Position numbers and translations under genes: made by a program. Shown here piece after piece: positions 9,538-18,164 of a stretch of DNA of 64,000 bases; positions within the stretch are counted from its first letter, which is position 1; the number at the start of each line of letters is the position of its first letter. Location of the stretch: assembly GCA_958296135.2 (NCBI GenBank), contig CATQHZ020000001.1, positions 2,944,001 to 3,008,000 on the forward strand. Reading direction: 5' to 3'. Under the pieces are notes generated by a model. That model was not told the DNA's origin, ran no database searches, and saw only the letters and a program-made list of their open reading frames with translations. Source of the stretch: an uncultured Poribacteria bacterium. GTDB lineage: Bacteria; Poribacteria; WGA-4E; WGA-3G.

Positions 9538-11039
9538 ATGAGAAATGCCCTCTACTTTGGCGATAACCTCCAGGTGATGCGCGAGATGCAAACCGCACGC
9601 TACCACACCTGTTATCTCGATCCGCCGTTCAACAGCGGCCGCAAGTACAACATCTTCCTCGCCGCGTCTAAAGCGCACCGCAAGGCGTTTGACGATATCT
9701 GGCGGTGGGACGACGCGGCGCGCGAGAATCAAGACGCTGTCCTTCACTACGATGGACGGCATCCTGAATTAGTTGAGACGATGGACAATTTATCAGATTG
9801 TTTATCAGGATTTAACTATTGGTTAAGGGGGGGGGTAAAGCAGAAGAATCGATGCGCGCCTATTTGGCATTCATGGCCCCGCGGTTGGCAGAGATTTGGC
9901 GGTTGCTGACACCGACGGGGAGCGTCTTTCTCCACTGTGACCCGCACGCGAGCCACTATCTGAAATGCATGATGGATGCGATTTTTGGCGCGTCGAATTT
10001 CCGGAACGAGATTGTGTGGTGTTATACCGGGCCGAGTAATACCAAACGCTGGTTTCCTCGGAAACACGATATCCTGCTCTTTTATGCGAAGGGGCAAGCG
10101 AGCACCTTCCACCGAGACGCGGTCCGCATTCCTTACAGCGATGCCTTCGTGGCGCGCAGGAAATATGCTGAGGGTGAAAGCGGCATTACTGCCGGGTATT
10201 CCGATGGCAGAGACGACGCAGCGGTGACTGCGTCTTTCGGCAAAGGCAAAGTCATCGAGGATTATTGGACAGATATTCCTGCAGGCGGACAAATATCTAA
10301 GCAAGAACTGCTTGGCTATCCGACGCAGAAGCCGCTCGCGCTTTTGGAACGGATTATCAAAGCCGCTTCCACTCCCGGTGATATTGTCTTCGATCCGTTT
10401 TGTGGCTGCGGCACGGCGTTAGATGCCGCACACGGCCTCAATCGGCATTGGGTAGGCATCGATTTGACGGTGCTCGCTTTGGAACCCATGGAGCGGCGGC
10501 TGCGCGAACGGCACGGGCTTGTCCCCAAAGTGGACTACGCCATTGAGGGATATCCGACAACGTGTCAGGATGCTATTCTCCTCGCCGAGCAGAACCCACA
10601 CGATTTTGCAAACTGGGCTGTCACCCGATTGGGACTTGCGCCGACAGCGAACAGCAACGATGGCGGGTTCGATGGCACGGGGAAGGTGCTGCTTTGGGAA
10701 AACAGCAGCGCGGCGACGCAGCTGCCGGTTATCGCGGAGGTAAAATCGGGGAGGAGTCTGTCCCCCAATCAGGTGCGCGCGTTCCGCACGGCGATGCAGG
10801 ATGCGAACGCCGCCATCGGCATTTTCATCACCTTGCACCCTGTCACGCGCGGGATGCGGCATCTCGCCGAGGCAGCAGGTGCAATTGAGCATAACGGGAA
10901 ACGATACCCGCGCTTGCAATTTTGGCAGTTAACGGATGCGTATTTTGAGGCGGGCATCATTCCCGTGAACTTGCCGTGGCAGGTAGATGAACGTCCAAAG
11001 GCAGTGCGGCATTACGGTGAGGAGCAGACCTATTTCTGA
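9538..11039 (+). pseudogene. Site-specific N4/N6 DNA methyltransferase with C-terminal Mrr-like endonuclease domain, frameshifted at a G9 tract
   Basis: 5' frame has LYFGDNL and YLDPPFNS; 3' frame has GYPTQKP, FDPFCGCGT and DGGFDG...AEVKSG; the frames join if G9 (9827-9835) becomes G10. Confidence 0.85.
9827..9835 (+). repeat. Poly-G (G9) homopolymer at the frameshift
   Basis: ttaa-ggggggggg-taaag. Confidence 0.95.
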
Positions 11040-11194
11040 ATTCGGGGAGCGGGCGGAAACGATAGACATCCGCTCTGACACGCACTGCGCATGCCCGCTT
11101 GCCGAAAATGCCCTCTTAATTACTGAAACTTCAGGCGAGTTTGCTCTATGAAGGGACGCGCCAATTTTAAAACTGGCTCGCTCTGGAAAAAACA

Positions 11195-11224
11195 TTGACA
11201 TTTCAGATTGACTTCTGTTAAAAT
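11195..11224 (+). promoter_or_regulatory. Putative sigma70 promoter
   Basis: TTGACA-N18-TAAAAT upstream of the 11413 gene. Confidence 0.5.
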
Positions 11225-11412
11225 AGTTCAGAGATGTTTCCAAGGCGGGATGCCCGCTTGTTGGCATTGCCAAAAAAAGTTTTTTCTTGGAACTTTCTTA
11301 TGACTTAGGTGTTTATTGTAAGTAATAAGCATTGTTGGGCGGCGTTTCGCCCACGTTTTTATTTATTCAACCCGGTATTCCTTGGAAGGAATGCAAACGA
11401 GAGGAACAGACA

Positions 11413-11802
11413 ATGAAAAACTCAAATGTGCTGACTCTGCTCAGCGTTATGGTGCTGTGCGCGATGGCGTTTACTGCCACAGTGGTGTTCGCGCAAGGCT
11501 TCAATCTTCAGGAAGCGCAACAGCAAGCTCAAGAGAGACGCGAGCGCATTGATAGACACTGTCCTGCCGATGATTTGCGAGCTGCCGTGGGGGCATACAT
11601 TTTGGCCAACCAGGCTGTTGATGATGCCCAGGATGCCTATGATAAGGCGGTAGCGGCAGGCTCCACAGTGGATATTGTTAATGCTACACTCAGTTTAGCC
11701 ATCGCTAAGGCGGCGGCAGTGATACGCTTCAACGAAGCCGTCGCGGCCTCTCGGGCGTACTCGGCGTGCTTAAGCTCAATCGGCATCACTGACAGACAGT
11801 AA
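11413..11802 (+). CDS. Hypothetical secreted Ala-rich helical protein
   Basis: GAGGA RBS; signal peptide MKNSNVLTLLSVMVLCAMAFTATVVFA; two Cys in the mature part. Confidence 0.75.
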   Translation: MKNSNVLTLLSVMVLCAMAFTATVVFAQGFNLQEAQQQAQERRERIDRHCPADDLRAAVGAYILANQAVDDAQDAYDKAVAAGSTVDIVNATLSLAIAKAAAVIRFNEAVAASRAYSACLSSIGITDRQ

Positions 11803-12017
11803 CAGCTGGCGGTACACGCCGCCGCGAACTCCCGGTGGGCGAGGGGTTGCCCCTCGCCCCACGCATAGCCATCAGTCCCAGGGCCCAGCAGAACCCGCGG
11901 TCTACCGAAACTTTACCGTGCAAAGGCATACCTCTCTAGTATCTGCAGCATTGCTCTTCAACACAGTTCTTCAACACAGAGAGGTGTGCCGTTCAATTCT
12001 TGAGAAAGGAGCCATTT

Positions 12018-12644
12018 ATGAGACGAAGTACCTACGTATTTTCAGGGTTGGCTTTACTGTTAATCGCGCTCGGCGTGCACTACTTCTTCCTTCGGGAAAA
12101 ACTGGAGGCACCGGCGACGAGGAAGTATAGCGCGACACCCGCGAAATCGGATACCCAGAAAGAGAAAACGTCTGCATCTTCTGAACTCCAGATGGATTCA
12201 GAGGGGGAGCTATTTGATGAGGAAGATGGAGAGACGCTTTCGGGTTCAGACTTGAGTGACCTCGAAGGTGAGGATGCCGATGCAACCGCAGGAGAGTCAG
12301 TTTTCACCGGCGGTGGCGAGGAACAGACTGGGTTTACGGAGGCAGAGATAGCCGAGGTGAAAGCAGAGATGGCGGCGGTAGAAAAGACGTTAGCGGAAGG
12401 CGAGGTCTTGTTAGAGAGGGCTCAGCAGTCGCTGGACGCGTCAATTCCTATCGTTTTAGCACATCTCAACAAACTGTCGCCCGAAGAACAGCGCGACTTT
12501 TTGGCGCAGGTTCGGAACTCACTGTACAACAAATTACCCCCCGAGGTCGCGGCACTCGTGGATGAAGACCCGGAAATTTTAGATGAGGCGGTGGAGCAGT
12601 ATTTAGAGCGGCTTTTTCAAGCGGGGTATGAGCTGCCAGAGTGA
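12018..12644 (+). CDS. Hypothetical membrane-anchored acidic protein
   Basis: AAGGAG RBS; N-terminal TM helix; D/E-rich linker; helical C-terminus. Confidence 0.75.
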   Translation: MRRSTYVFSGLALLLIALGVHYFFLREKLEAPATRKYSATPAKSDTQKEKTSASSELQMDSEGELFDEEDGETLSGSDLSDLEGEDADATAGESVFTGGGEEQTGFTEAEIAEVKAEMAAVEKTLAEGEVLLERAQQSLDASIPIVLAHLNKLSPEEQRDFLAQVRNSLYNKLPPEVAALVDEDPEILDEAVEQYLERLFQAGYELPE

Positions 12645-12719
12645 GAATGGATGCGGCTTCGTGCTTAACGCCCGGGTCGTGTAGAGTAGGGCGCGGTTGG
12701 AAAGCGCGGTTTGTGTGAG

Positions 12720-13484
12720 TCAGAGTGACAAAATTCCGCCTTCAACTAGCATCGGTGCCCCGGTCATGTATCTTGACTCATCGGCGGCGAGATACACCGC
12801 GGCCCAGGCGATGTCCTCCGGTTCGCCGATACCTAACGGGTGCATCTCCTCGATTTCCTTGTTTATCGCCCCCGGGTCTGGCTGCTGCGCCAAGAATTCT
12901 TGATAGAGTTCGGTGTTAATCGTGCCTGGGCACAGGCTGTTGACACGGATGTTGTCTGCCGCGTACCGTACTGCCATGCTGCGCGTGAGATGCACGACGG
13001 CGGCTTTGGAGGAGGTATACGCTGGGTGCATCGGGAACCCGACGAACGCGGATTCGCTGCCCATGTTGATGATGGAGCCGCCGTCTGCATCTCGCATCAG
13101 CGGGATTATCGCGCGGGAGACGAGATAGATGCTCTTCACATTGACAGCGTATTGCCGTTCCCAGTCTGCCTCAGAAATCTCTTCCAGTTCCCCAATAACA
13201 GCGATGCCTGCGTTGTTAAAGAGGACGTTGGGTGTGCCGAGTTCTGTCACTACTTTGGCAACAGCGCGCTCAATTTGCGCGGCATCGGTTACGTCGCATT
13301 GACAGAACAGCACTGTGCCGCCTGCCGCTTGAATCGCGTTTGCGGTGGTTTGCCCGCGTTCAGCGTTGAGATCCCAGATGGCGACAGCGGCTCCTTCTTG
13401 TGCGAAAAGCTGCGCGCTTTTCGCGCCGATGCCGCGCGCGGCCCCTGTGATAATCGCAATCTTGTTTTTTAATCGGTTTGCCAT
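12720..13484 (-). CDS. SDR family NAD(P)-dependent oxidoreductase
   Basis: TGAARGIG, NNAG, YTSSK motifs. Confidence 0.95.
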   Translation of the reverse strand: MANRLKNKIAIITGAARGIGAKSAQLFAQEGAAVAIWDLNAERGQTTANAIQAAGGTVLFCQCDVTDAAQIERAVAKVVTELGTPNVLFNNAGIAVIGELEEISEADWERQYAVNVKSIYLVSRAIIPLMRDADGGSIINMGSESAFVGFPMHPAYTSSKAAVVHLTRSMAVRYAADNIRVNSLCPGTINTELYQEFLAQQPDPGAINKEIEEMHPLGIGEPEDIAWAAVYLAADESRYMTGAPMLVEGGILSL

Positions 13485-13666
13485 AGCGTTGTGCAGTCCT
13501 CGCCGGTAGGCGCGCTTTGTAAAGCGTACCTACCGGTGTTCTCGTTCAGGCTCTGTAGGGCGAGCGCGCGTGAAGATGGAAGAAATAAACAGGCGGAAAC
13601 CATAGCCATCGGCCCTGACACGCTCGGCACTCGGGCTGGCCCGAGCCCAAATTATAGGAAAAGCGT

Positions 13667-14470
13667 CTATAGTTCTCGCAAGAGAGAAACCCACCGTTCC
13701 CACGCCGCTTGCACGGCGGATTTCTGCGCGTCGTTGGCATCTGCTGCCATGCCGCGTCTCAGGAAAGCGTGGCCGACTCCCTCATAGATTACCGGTTCGT
13801 AGGTGACGTTTGCGGTATCCGCCGCCGCTTTGGTGGCATCAATTGTTGCGTTAATGCGGTTGTCACTCTCACCGTAAAACCCGTAGACTGGTGCTGACAC
13901 TTTCGGGACATCTTCCACAGGCGGCGCGGAGCCGTAGAACACGAAAGAACCGGCTACTTCATCGGAATGGACGGCGTAACTGAACGTCTGTTTTCCGCCC
14001 CAGCAGAACCCAGAAACCGCGACTTTCTCGTTGGTTGAAGGCAAAGCGCGGGCGTATTTCTGGACAGCATCCAGAGCAGCGTGAACTCTCTCGGCGGAGA
14101 GTTCTCTGATTTTGCGTCGGACCTCGTCCCCGGAGGCGAAGCTGTTTGTCCCGCCGCCCTCGGGTCCCATGCCCGAAAGCAGGTCTGGGCAAAGCGCGAC
14201 AAATCCTTCGGCGGCGAGCCGGTCGGCGACGAGCCGAATCCAATCGGTGAGTCCGAAGATTTCGTGGATGACGATGATCGCGGTTGCTGCCTCCTTTACC
14301 TCCGGATAGACGACGAACGTATTGACGACATGTCCATCGGCGGCGGTGATTTTCTCCCACTCGCCGTGGCGCGGTGATTTCTCGAGTTCTGCCTTCGGGG
14401 TGTCAGCAGTGGTGTTCCCTGCAAGCAGCATGCCGGTGGCGATGATGCTGAGCATAACGGTTTTTAGCAT
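13667..14470 (-). CDS. Dienelactone hydrolase family protein (secreted)
   Basis: HEIFGL, GFCWGG, GVGHAF motifs; signal peptide; GAGGAGG RBS. Confidence 0.92.
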   Translation of the reverse strand: MLKTVMLSIIATGMLLAGNTTADTPKAELEKSPRHGEWEKITAADGHVVNTFVVYPEVKEAATAIIVIHEIFGLTDWIRLVADRLAAEGFVALCPDLLSGMGPEGGGTNSFASGDEVRRKIRELSAERVHAALDAVQKYARALPSTNEKVAVSGFCWGGKQTFSYAVHSDEVAGSFVFYGSAPPVEDVPKVSAPVYGFYGESDNRINATIDATKAAADTANVTYEPVIYEGVGHAFLRRGMAADANDAQKSAVQAAWERWVSLLREL

Positions 14471-14548
14471 ATTTTCCTCCTCATTCAGGTTCCGTTTCTC
14501 TGGTAGGCGCGCTTTCAAAGCGCGCCTACCGGGCTCGTTCGGCCTCCC

Positions 14549-15583
14549 TCATTTCTCTTTTACGTCGCGGGTGATGATAGATTTGACAACCTTCAGTTTT
14601 TCGGGAGACGGGACTGCGCCGTATAAGAAAAAGACGATGTCGGCGCGGGACCAGATGAAGACATCCTCATGCCCGCGTTTGTGTCTGTAGAGAGTCGTTC
14701 CGCCGATGTCGATTTTCTTGCCGCGCCGGTCTCCTCTCATTCGGCTTCCTATTGTCTCAAAAATCGAGAATCCCAGCAGGCCGTCAGTGTAGGTAAGGTG
14801 AATCGCGCGCTCTCTGTCTTTAATCCAACGAAGTTCTAACAGTTGGAAGCCGGCTGGCAGGTATGCCGGCAGGACGAGTTTGCCATTTAGTAATGCGTTT
14901 GCATTTTCATACGAAATCGGTTGGCTGCGCCGTGGTGCGACATGAATCTCATTCTGGTATTTCTGCCATTGGGTTTGGACAACTTCCGGATCGAAGCTGA
15001 GTCGGGTGTAGGCGAACATTTCCCGTAGCGTGCCCTCCGAATCCAGGTCTTTCACCTCCAAGATAACTCCGTTTTTGCGTGCGAAGGTGATGTATTTAGC
15101 AGGTCTGCCGGGTAGTTTGGGCTTAATGGCTAAGAGGGCTGTTTCGTAGTTCAAGGTTTTGTCGCTCAAATGTTCCAATTCCAGTTGGTAATTTTGGGAG
15201 AGGAGTTCAATCTCTTTTTTCGAGAATTGGCTCCGATTGCGTTCCCATTCGCCGAGTTTTCTGGCTCTGTCCCGGTTTCTGCTTCTGCGGCGGCGATTTT
15301 TTTCGTGTGTGCCGCGTCCCTGTTCCCTTTCTACGGGCTGTTTCTCGCCGACGATGGATAACACTTTCCGGTAGGAGTGCTCTGCGCTTTTATGGATGAC
15401 GAGTACCTCCATCGTTCTGGTGCCGTTGGAGGTGCCGATTGTCTTGAGCCGCACGCCGACATAACTGACATCGCGTTGCGCTTCGGCGATGCGGCAAAGC
15501 GTGTCTACGTCAGCAAACGGGAGGTTAGCCGGTGAGAGCCAAAAGGTTAGAATTGAGAGGCAGATGAGGTTGAGATACTTCAT
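14549..15583 (-). CDS. MucB/RseB-like periplasmic sigma-E regulator
   Basis: Signal peptide; LolA-like N-terminal domain; PAYLPAGFQL and HLTYTDGLLGFSIFE motifs; follows the anti-sigma gene. Confidence 0.75.
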   Translation of the reverse strand: MKYLNLICLSILTFWLSPANLPFADVDTLCRIAEAQRDVSYVGVRLKTIGTSNGTRTMEVLVIHKSAEHSYRKVLSIVGEKQPVEREQGRGTHEKNRRRRSRNRDRARKLGEWERNRSQFSKKEIELLSQNYQLELEHLSDKTLNYETALLAIKPKLPGRPAKYITFARKNGVILEVKDLDSEGTLREMFAYTRLSFDPEVVQTQWQKYQNEIHVAPRRSQPISYENANALLNGKLVLPAYLPAGFQLLELRWIKDRERAIHLTYTDGLLGFSIFETIGSRMRGDRRGKKIDIGGTTLYRHKRGHEDVFIWSRADIVFFLYGAVPSPEKLKVVKSIITRDVKEK

Positions 15584-15629
15584 AAAAAAGTTCAATGGCC
15601 CGTGGTGCGAGGGCCCGTTCTTCGCAATC

Positions 15630-16199
15630 TTATTCCTCTAAGTAGAGGTCGAACAGTTCAGCGTCATCGAGGGTGTCGATTGGATTTATCATGTCACTGC
15701 TGAGCGGGGTGCCGACGTTTGAGCTCAACGGGCTATCCGCCACCTGCTCCGTGTGGAGTCCGAAGTAGAAATCAAGTGCTTCTTCATAGTGAGTTCCGGT
15801 CGGATAGAGGTAGAGGAACCCGACGGTGAGCGCGAGCGTCAAGACTGCACTTGCTCCTGCGGTTATGGGTTGGAAGACCCATGGTTTTGTTTTCTTCAGT
15901 GCTTGCGCGCCTTCGCGCAGGGAAAGCACGGCATTTCTGAAGAGGATGCCGATGCGTTGTGACACGGTTACGGGCGGCAGTGCGGCTTGCGCGCGGACCT
16001 GTGTCATCACCGCCGCCTTTATCGGCGGCACGGGCCTCGCGAGTGCTGCAATGTGACGACGGTTCCGCTGGAACGTGGCGAGCAGCTGCCGACACTCAGT
16101 GCAGCCGCGTAGATGCGCCGCGACTTGCTCTTGCGTCGCTGGCGATAGTTCATCGTCTAAATAGGCGGATAATTCGTTTTGGATACGTTGATGGTTCAT
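15630..16199 (-). CDS. Zinc-finger (zf-HC2) anti-sigma factor with TM helix
   Basis: LSAYLDDEL...HLRGCTEC; one TM segment. Confidence 0.88.
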   Translation of the reverse strand: MNHQRIQNELSAYLDDELSPATQEQVAAHLRGCTECRQLLATFQRNRRHIAALARPVPPIKAAVMTQVRAQAALPPVTVSQRIGILFRNAVLSLREGAQALKKTKPWVFQPITAGASAVLTLALTVGFLYLYPTGTHYEEALDFYFGLHTEQVADSPLSSNVGTPLSSDMINPIDTLDDAELFDLYLEE

Positions 16200-16385
16200 C
16201 TGAATTTTGGATTTCCTAGTGGGCGTTTTACATTGCCTCTGAGCGTAACTCCGCCCTTACCAGGCCGAACTCACGTTGTGAGTTCTTGCAAAAACTTATC
16301 AAAGGCACACCCCGCGTCAGCCGAGACGCATCGGATTTCTCCCTGCGAAACCGCGTTGACCGGACGCTTGGCGGTGCTACTAAAA

Positions 16386-17018
16386 TTACCACTCGTAGTC
16401 AAACTTCTCTAATTCCGCTTTCAACGCCTTTCGGGCTTCATGCAACCGGGATTTGACGCGTCCGAGCGTGCAGCCGAGGACTGCAGCAATTTCGTTATAG
16501 GAGAGTTCTTGGAGTTCCCGCAGGACCAGGATAGTCCGATGGTTCTCCTTGAGCTTGGCGAGCGCGGCATGGACAAGCTGCTTGCGTTCCTCGTAGAGTG
16601 CGAGTCGTTCTGGGGTTTCCGTGTCAAGCGGCACCCACGGCTGTGTATCGTCAATCTCCATCGGATCGGTTTTGCGGCGCTGCCGCTGATCGAGCAGATT
16701 GAGTGCCTTGTTTTTCACGATGCGGTAGAACCATGTGGAAAACCGGGACTTGAATTTAAACTGTCCGATGTTTTGCCACGCGGAGAGGAATGCGTCTTGC
16801 GTGACATCCTGCGCGTCTTCGTGATGGCTGAGGAGGCCGTAGGCGATGTTGTATGCCCACTGTTGGTAGCGAATCACGAGGACTTCCATTGCGTCGGCAT
16901 CGCCGTTTTGGCACTGCAAGACGAGTTCGCGTTCTTCCTCGAGGTCAAAATCTTCTATCGAATCGCTTTCAACCTCCGAGTAGGTATCTATATAGGCTGT
17001 AAAAGTAGCAACAGACAT
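16386..17018 (-). CDS. ECF RNA polymerase sigma factor (sigma-70 family)
   Basis: DAQDVTQDAF, FSTWFYRI, LSYNEIAAVLGCTLGRVKSRL motifs. Confidence 0.95.
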   Translation of the reverse strand: MSVATFTAYIDTYSEVESDSIEDFDLEEERELVLQCQNGDADAMEVLVIRYQQWAYNIAYGLLSHHEDAQDVTQDAFLSAWQNIGQFKFKSRFSTWFYRIVKNKALNLLDQRQRRKTDPMEIDDTQPWVPLDTETPERLALYEERKQLVHAALAKLKENHRTILVLRELQELSYNEIAAVLGCTLGRVKSRLHEARKALKAELEKFDYEW

Positions 17019-17029
17019 TGTTTTCTCCT

Positions 17030-17122
17030 AGGGCTTACGCGGAAAGCCTTCGGTAGGTGCGCGTTCCACGTGCGCGCCAACGTCTGCGCCTACCGGCGGG
17101 AAACTTAAATTGCGTAAGTCCT
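17030..17122. mobile_element. MITE-like element with 11-bp terminal inverted repeats enclosing a REP hairpin
   Basis: agggcttacgc ... gcgtaagtcct (1 mismatch); internal ggtaggtgcg...cgcctacc; another gcgtaagtcct end at ~24359. Confidence 0.55.
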
Positions 17123-17333
17123 GCTCCAAGGGCTATTTTTTCCGTTCGTATTGATGCAATCGCGGCTCTTATTGCATTAGACGTTCAATGCAACAAAAGG
17201 TTCGTTTTTTCTTGAAAAACGTGAAACATATCTGATATTATTAAGATATCTGTGGTGCGTGCGTATTATCCGCGGCAAACGGCCGCGTTCGCGCGCCGCT
17301 TCACAATACGGGGTGCCGGTCTCTGGAGAAAAT

Positions 17334-18017
17334 ATGAATCTACAAAAATTGCAAGACATTCTCTTAGACCGGTTGGACCGGGGCGAGAAACATACCGATG
17401 CACGGTTTGACCGGAATGAAAAGCACACTGCCGAACGCTTCGAGCAGAGTGAAAAGCATATAGCGGAGTTACTCGCGCAGGTTCTCGCGCGATTCGCGGA
17501 TAGCGAGCAGCACACTGCAGCACTTTTCAAGCAGAGTGAAGAGCATACCGCAGCACTCTTCAAGCAGGTGCTCGCGCGATTCGCGGATAGCGAGCAGCAC
17601 ACTGCAGCACTTTTCAAGCAGAGTGAAGAACACGCCGCAATGCTCTTCAAGCAGAGCGAAGAACACGCCGCAGCACTCTTCAAGCAGGTTCTCGCGCGAT
17701 TCGCGGATAGCGAGAAGCACACCGCAGCACTTTTCAAGCAGAGCGAAGAGCATACCGCAGCACTCTTCAAGCAGGTGCTCGCGCGATTCGCGGATAGCGA
17801 GAAGCACACCGCCGAACGCTTTGACCAGGGCGACGCTCACTTCGATCGCCAAGACGAGCAAATCGCGCTTCTCGTTAAAATTGTCATGGAGCTTCGCGAG
17901 GAACGAGCGGAACGCCAAGGCGAACGCGCCTTTTCCAAGCGGTTCTGGAAACACGCTGCGTGGATTGTTCCTACCCTTATCGCATTCGCTGCGTTCCTCA
18001 AGTCCTACTTTGGTTAG
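17334..18017 (+). CDS. Repetitive coiled-coil protein with C-terminal TM anchor
   Basis: 11- and 7-residue modules (HTAALFKQSEE / VLARFAD) in tandem; hydrophobic C-terminus; GGAG RBS. Confidence 0.75.
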   Translation: MNLQKLQDILLDRLDRGEKHTDARFDRNEKHTAERFEQSEKHIAELLAQVLARFADSEQHTAALFKQSEEHTAALFKQVLARFADSEQHTAALFKQSEEHAAMLFKQSEEHAAALFKQVLARFADSEKHTAALFKQSEEHTAALFKQVLARFADSEKHTAERFDQGDAHFDRQDEQIALLVKIVMELREERAERQGERAFSKRFWKHAAWIVPTLIAFAAFLKSYFG

Positions 18018-18030
18018 GCGGTGAAGCGGT

Positions 18031-18111
18031 ATCGGGACCGGGAGGTTCCTCCTACTGCATCGGGACCGGGAGGTTCCTCCTACTGCATCGGGACCGGGAG
18101 GTCCCTCCTAC
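18031..18111. repeat. Tandem 28-bp REP-type repeat x3
   Basis: atcgggaccgggaggttcctcctactgc units between convergent genes. Confidence 0.9.
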
Positions 18112-18164
18112 CCCGGTTTGAAACCGCGCCTACCGGGCGGCCCACTATTAGATGCGCTCAAATC

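Noticed and set aside
11121-11135. 15-bp match (tactgaaacttcagg) to the repeat at ~48426
   Set aside because: Short and isolated; cannot be separated from chance or REP-flank remnants.
17177-18024. Long overlapping ORFs in several frames (also at 25857-26342 and antisense to the WD40 gene)
   Set aside because: Expected from stop-free repeats and high GC; no independent coding evidence.
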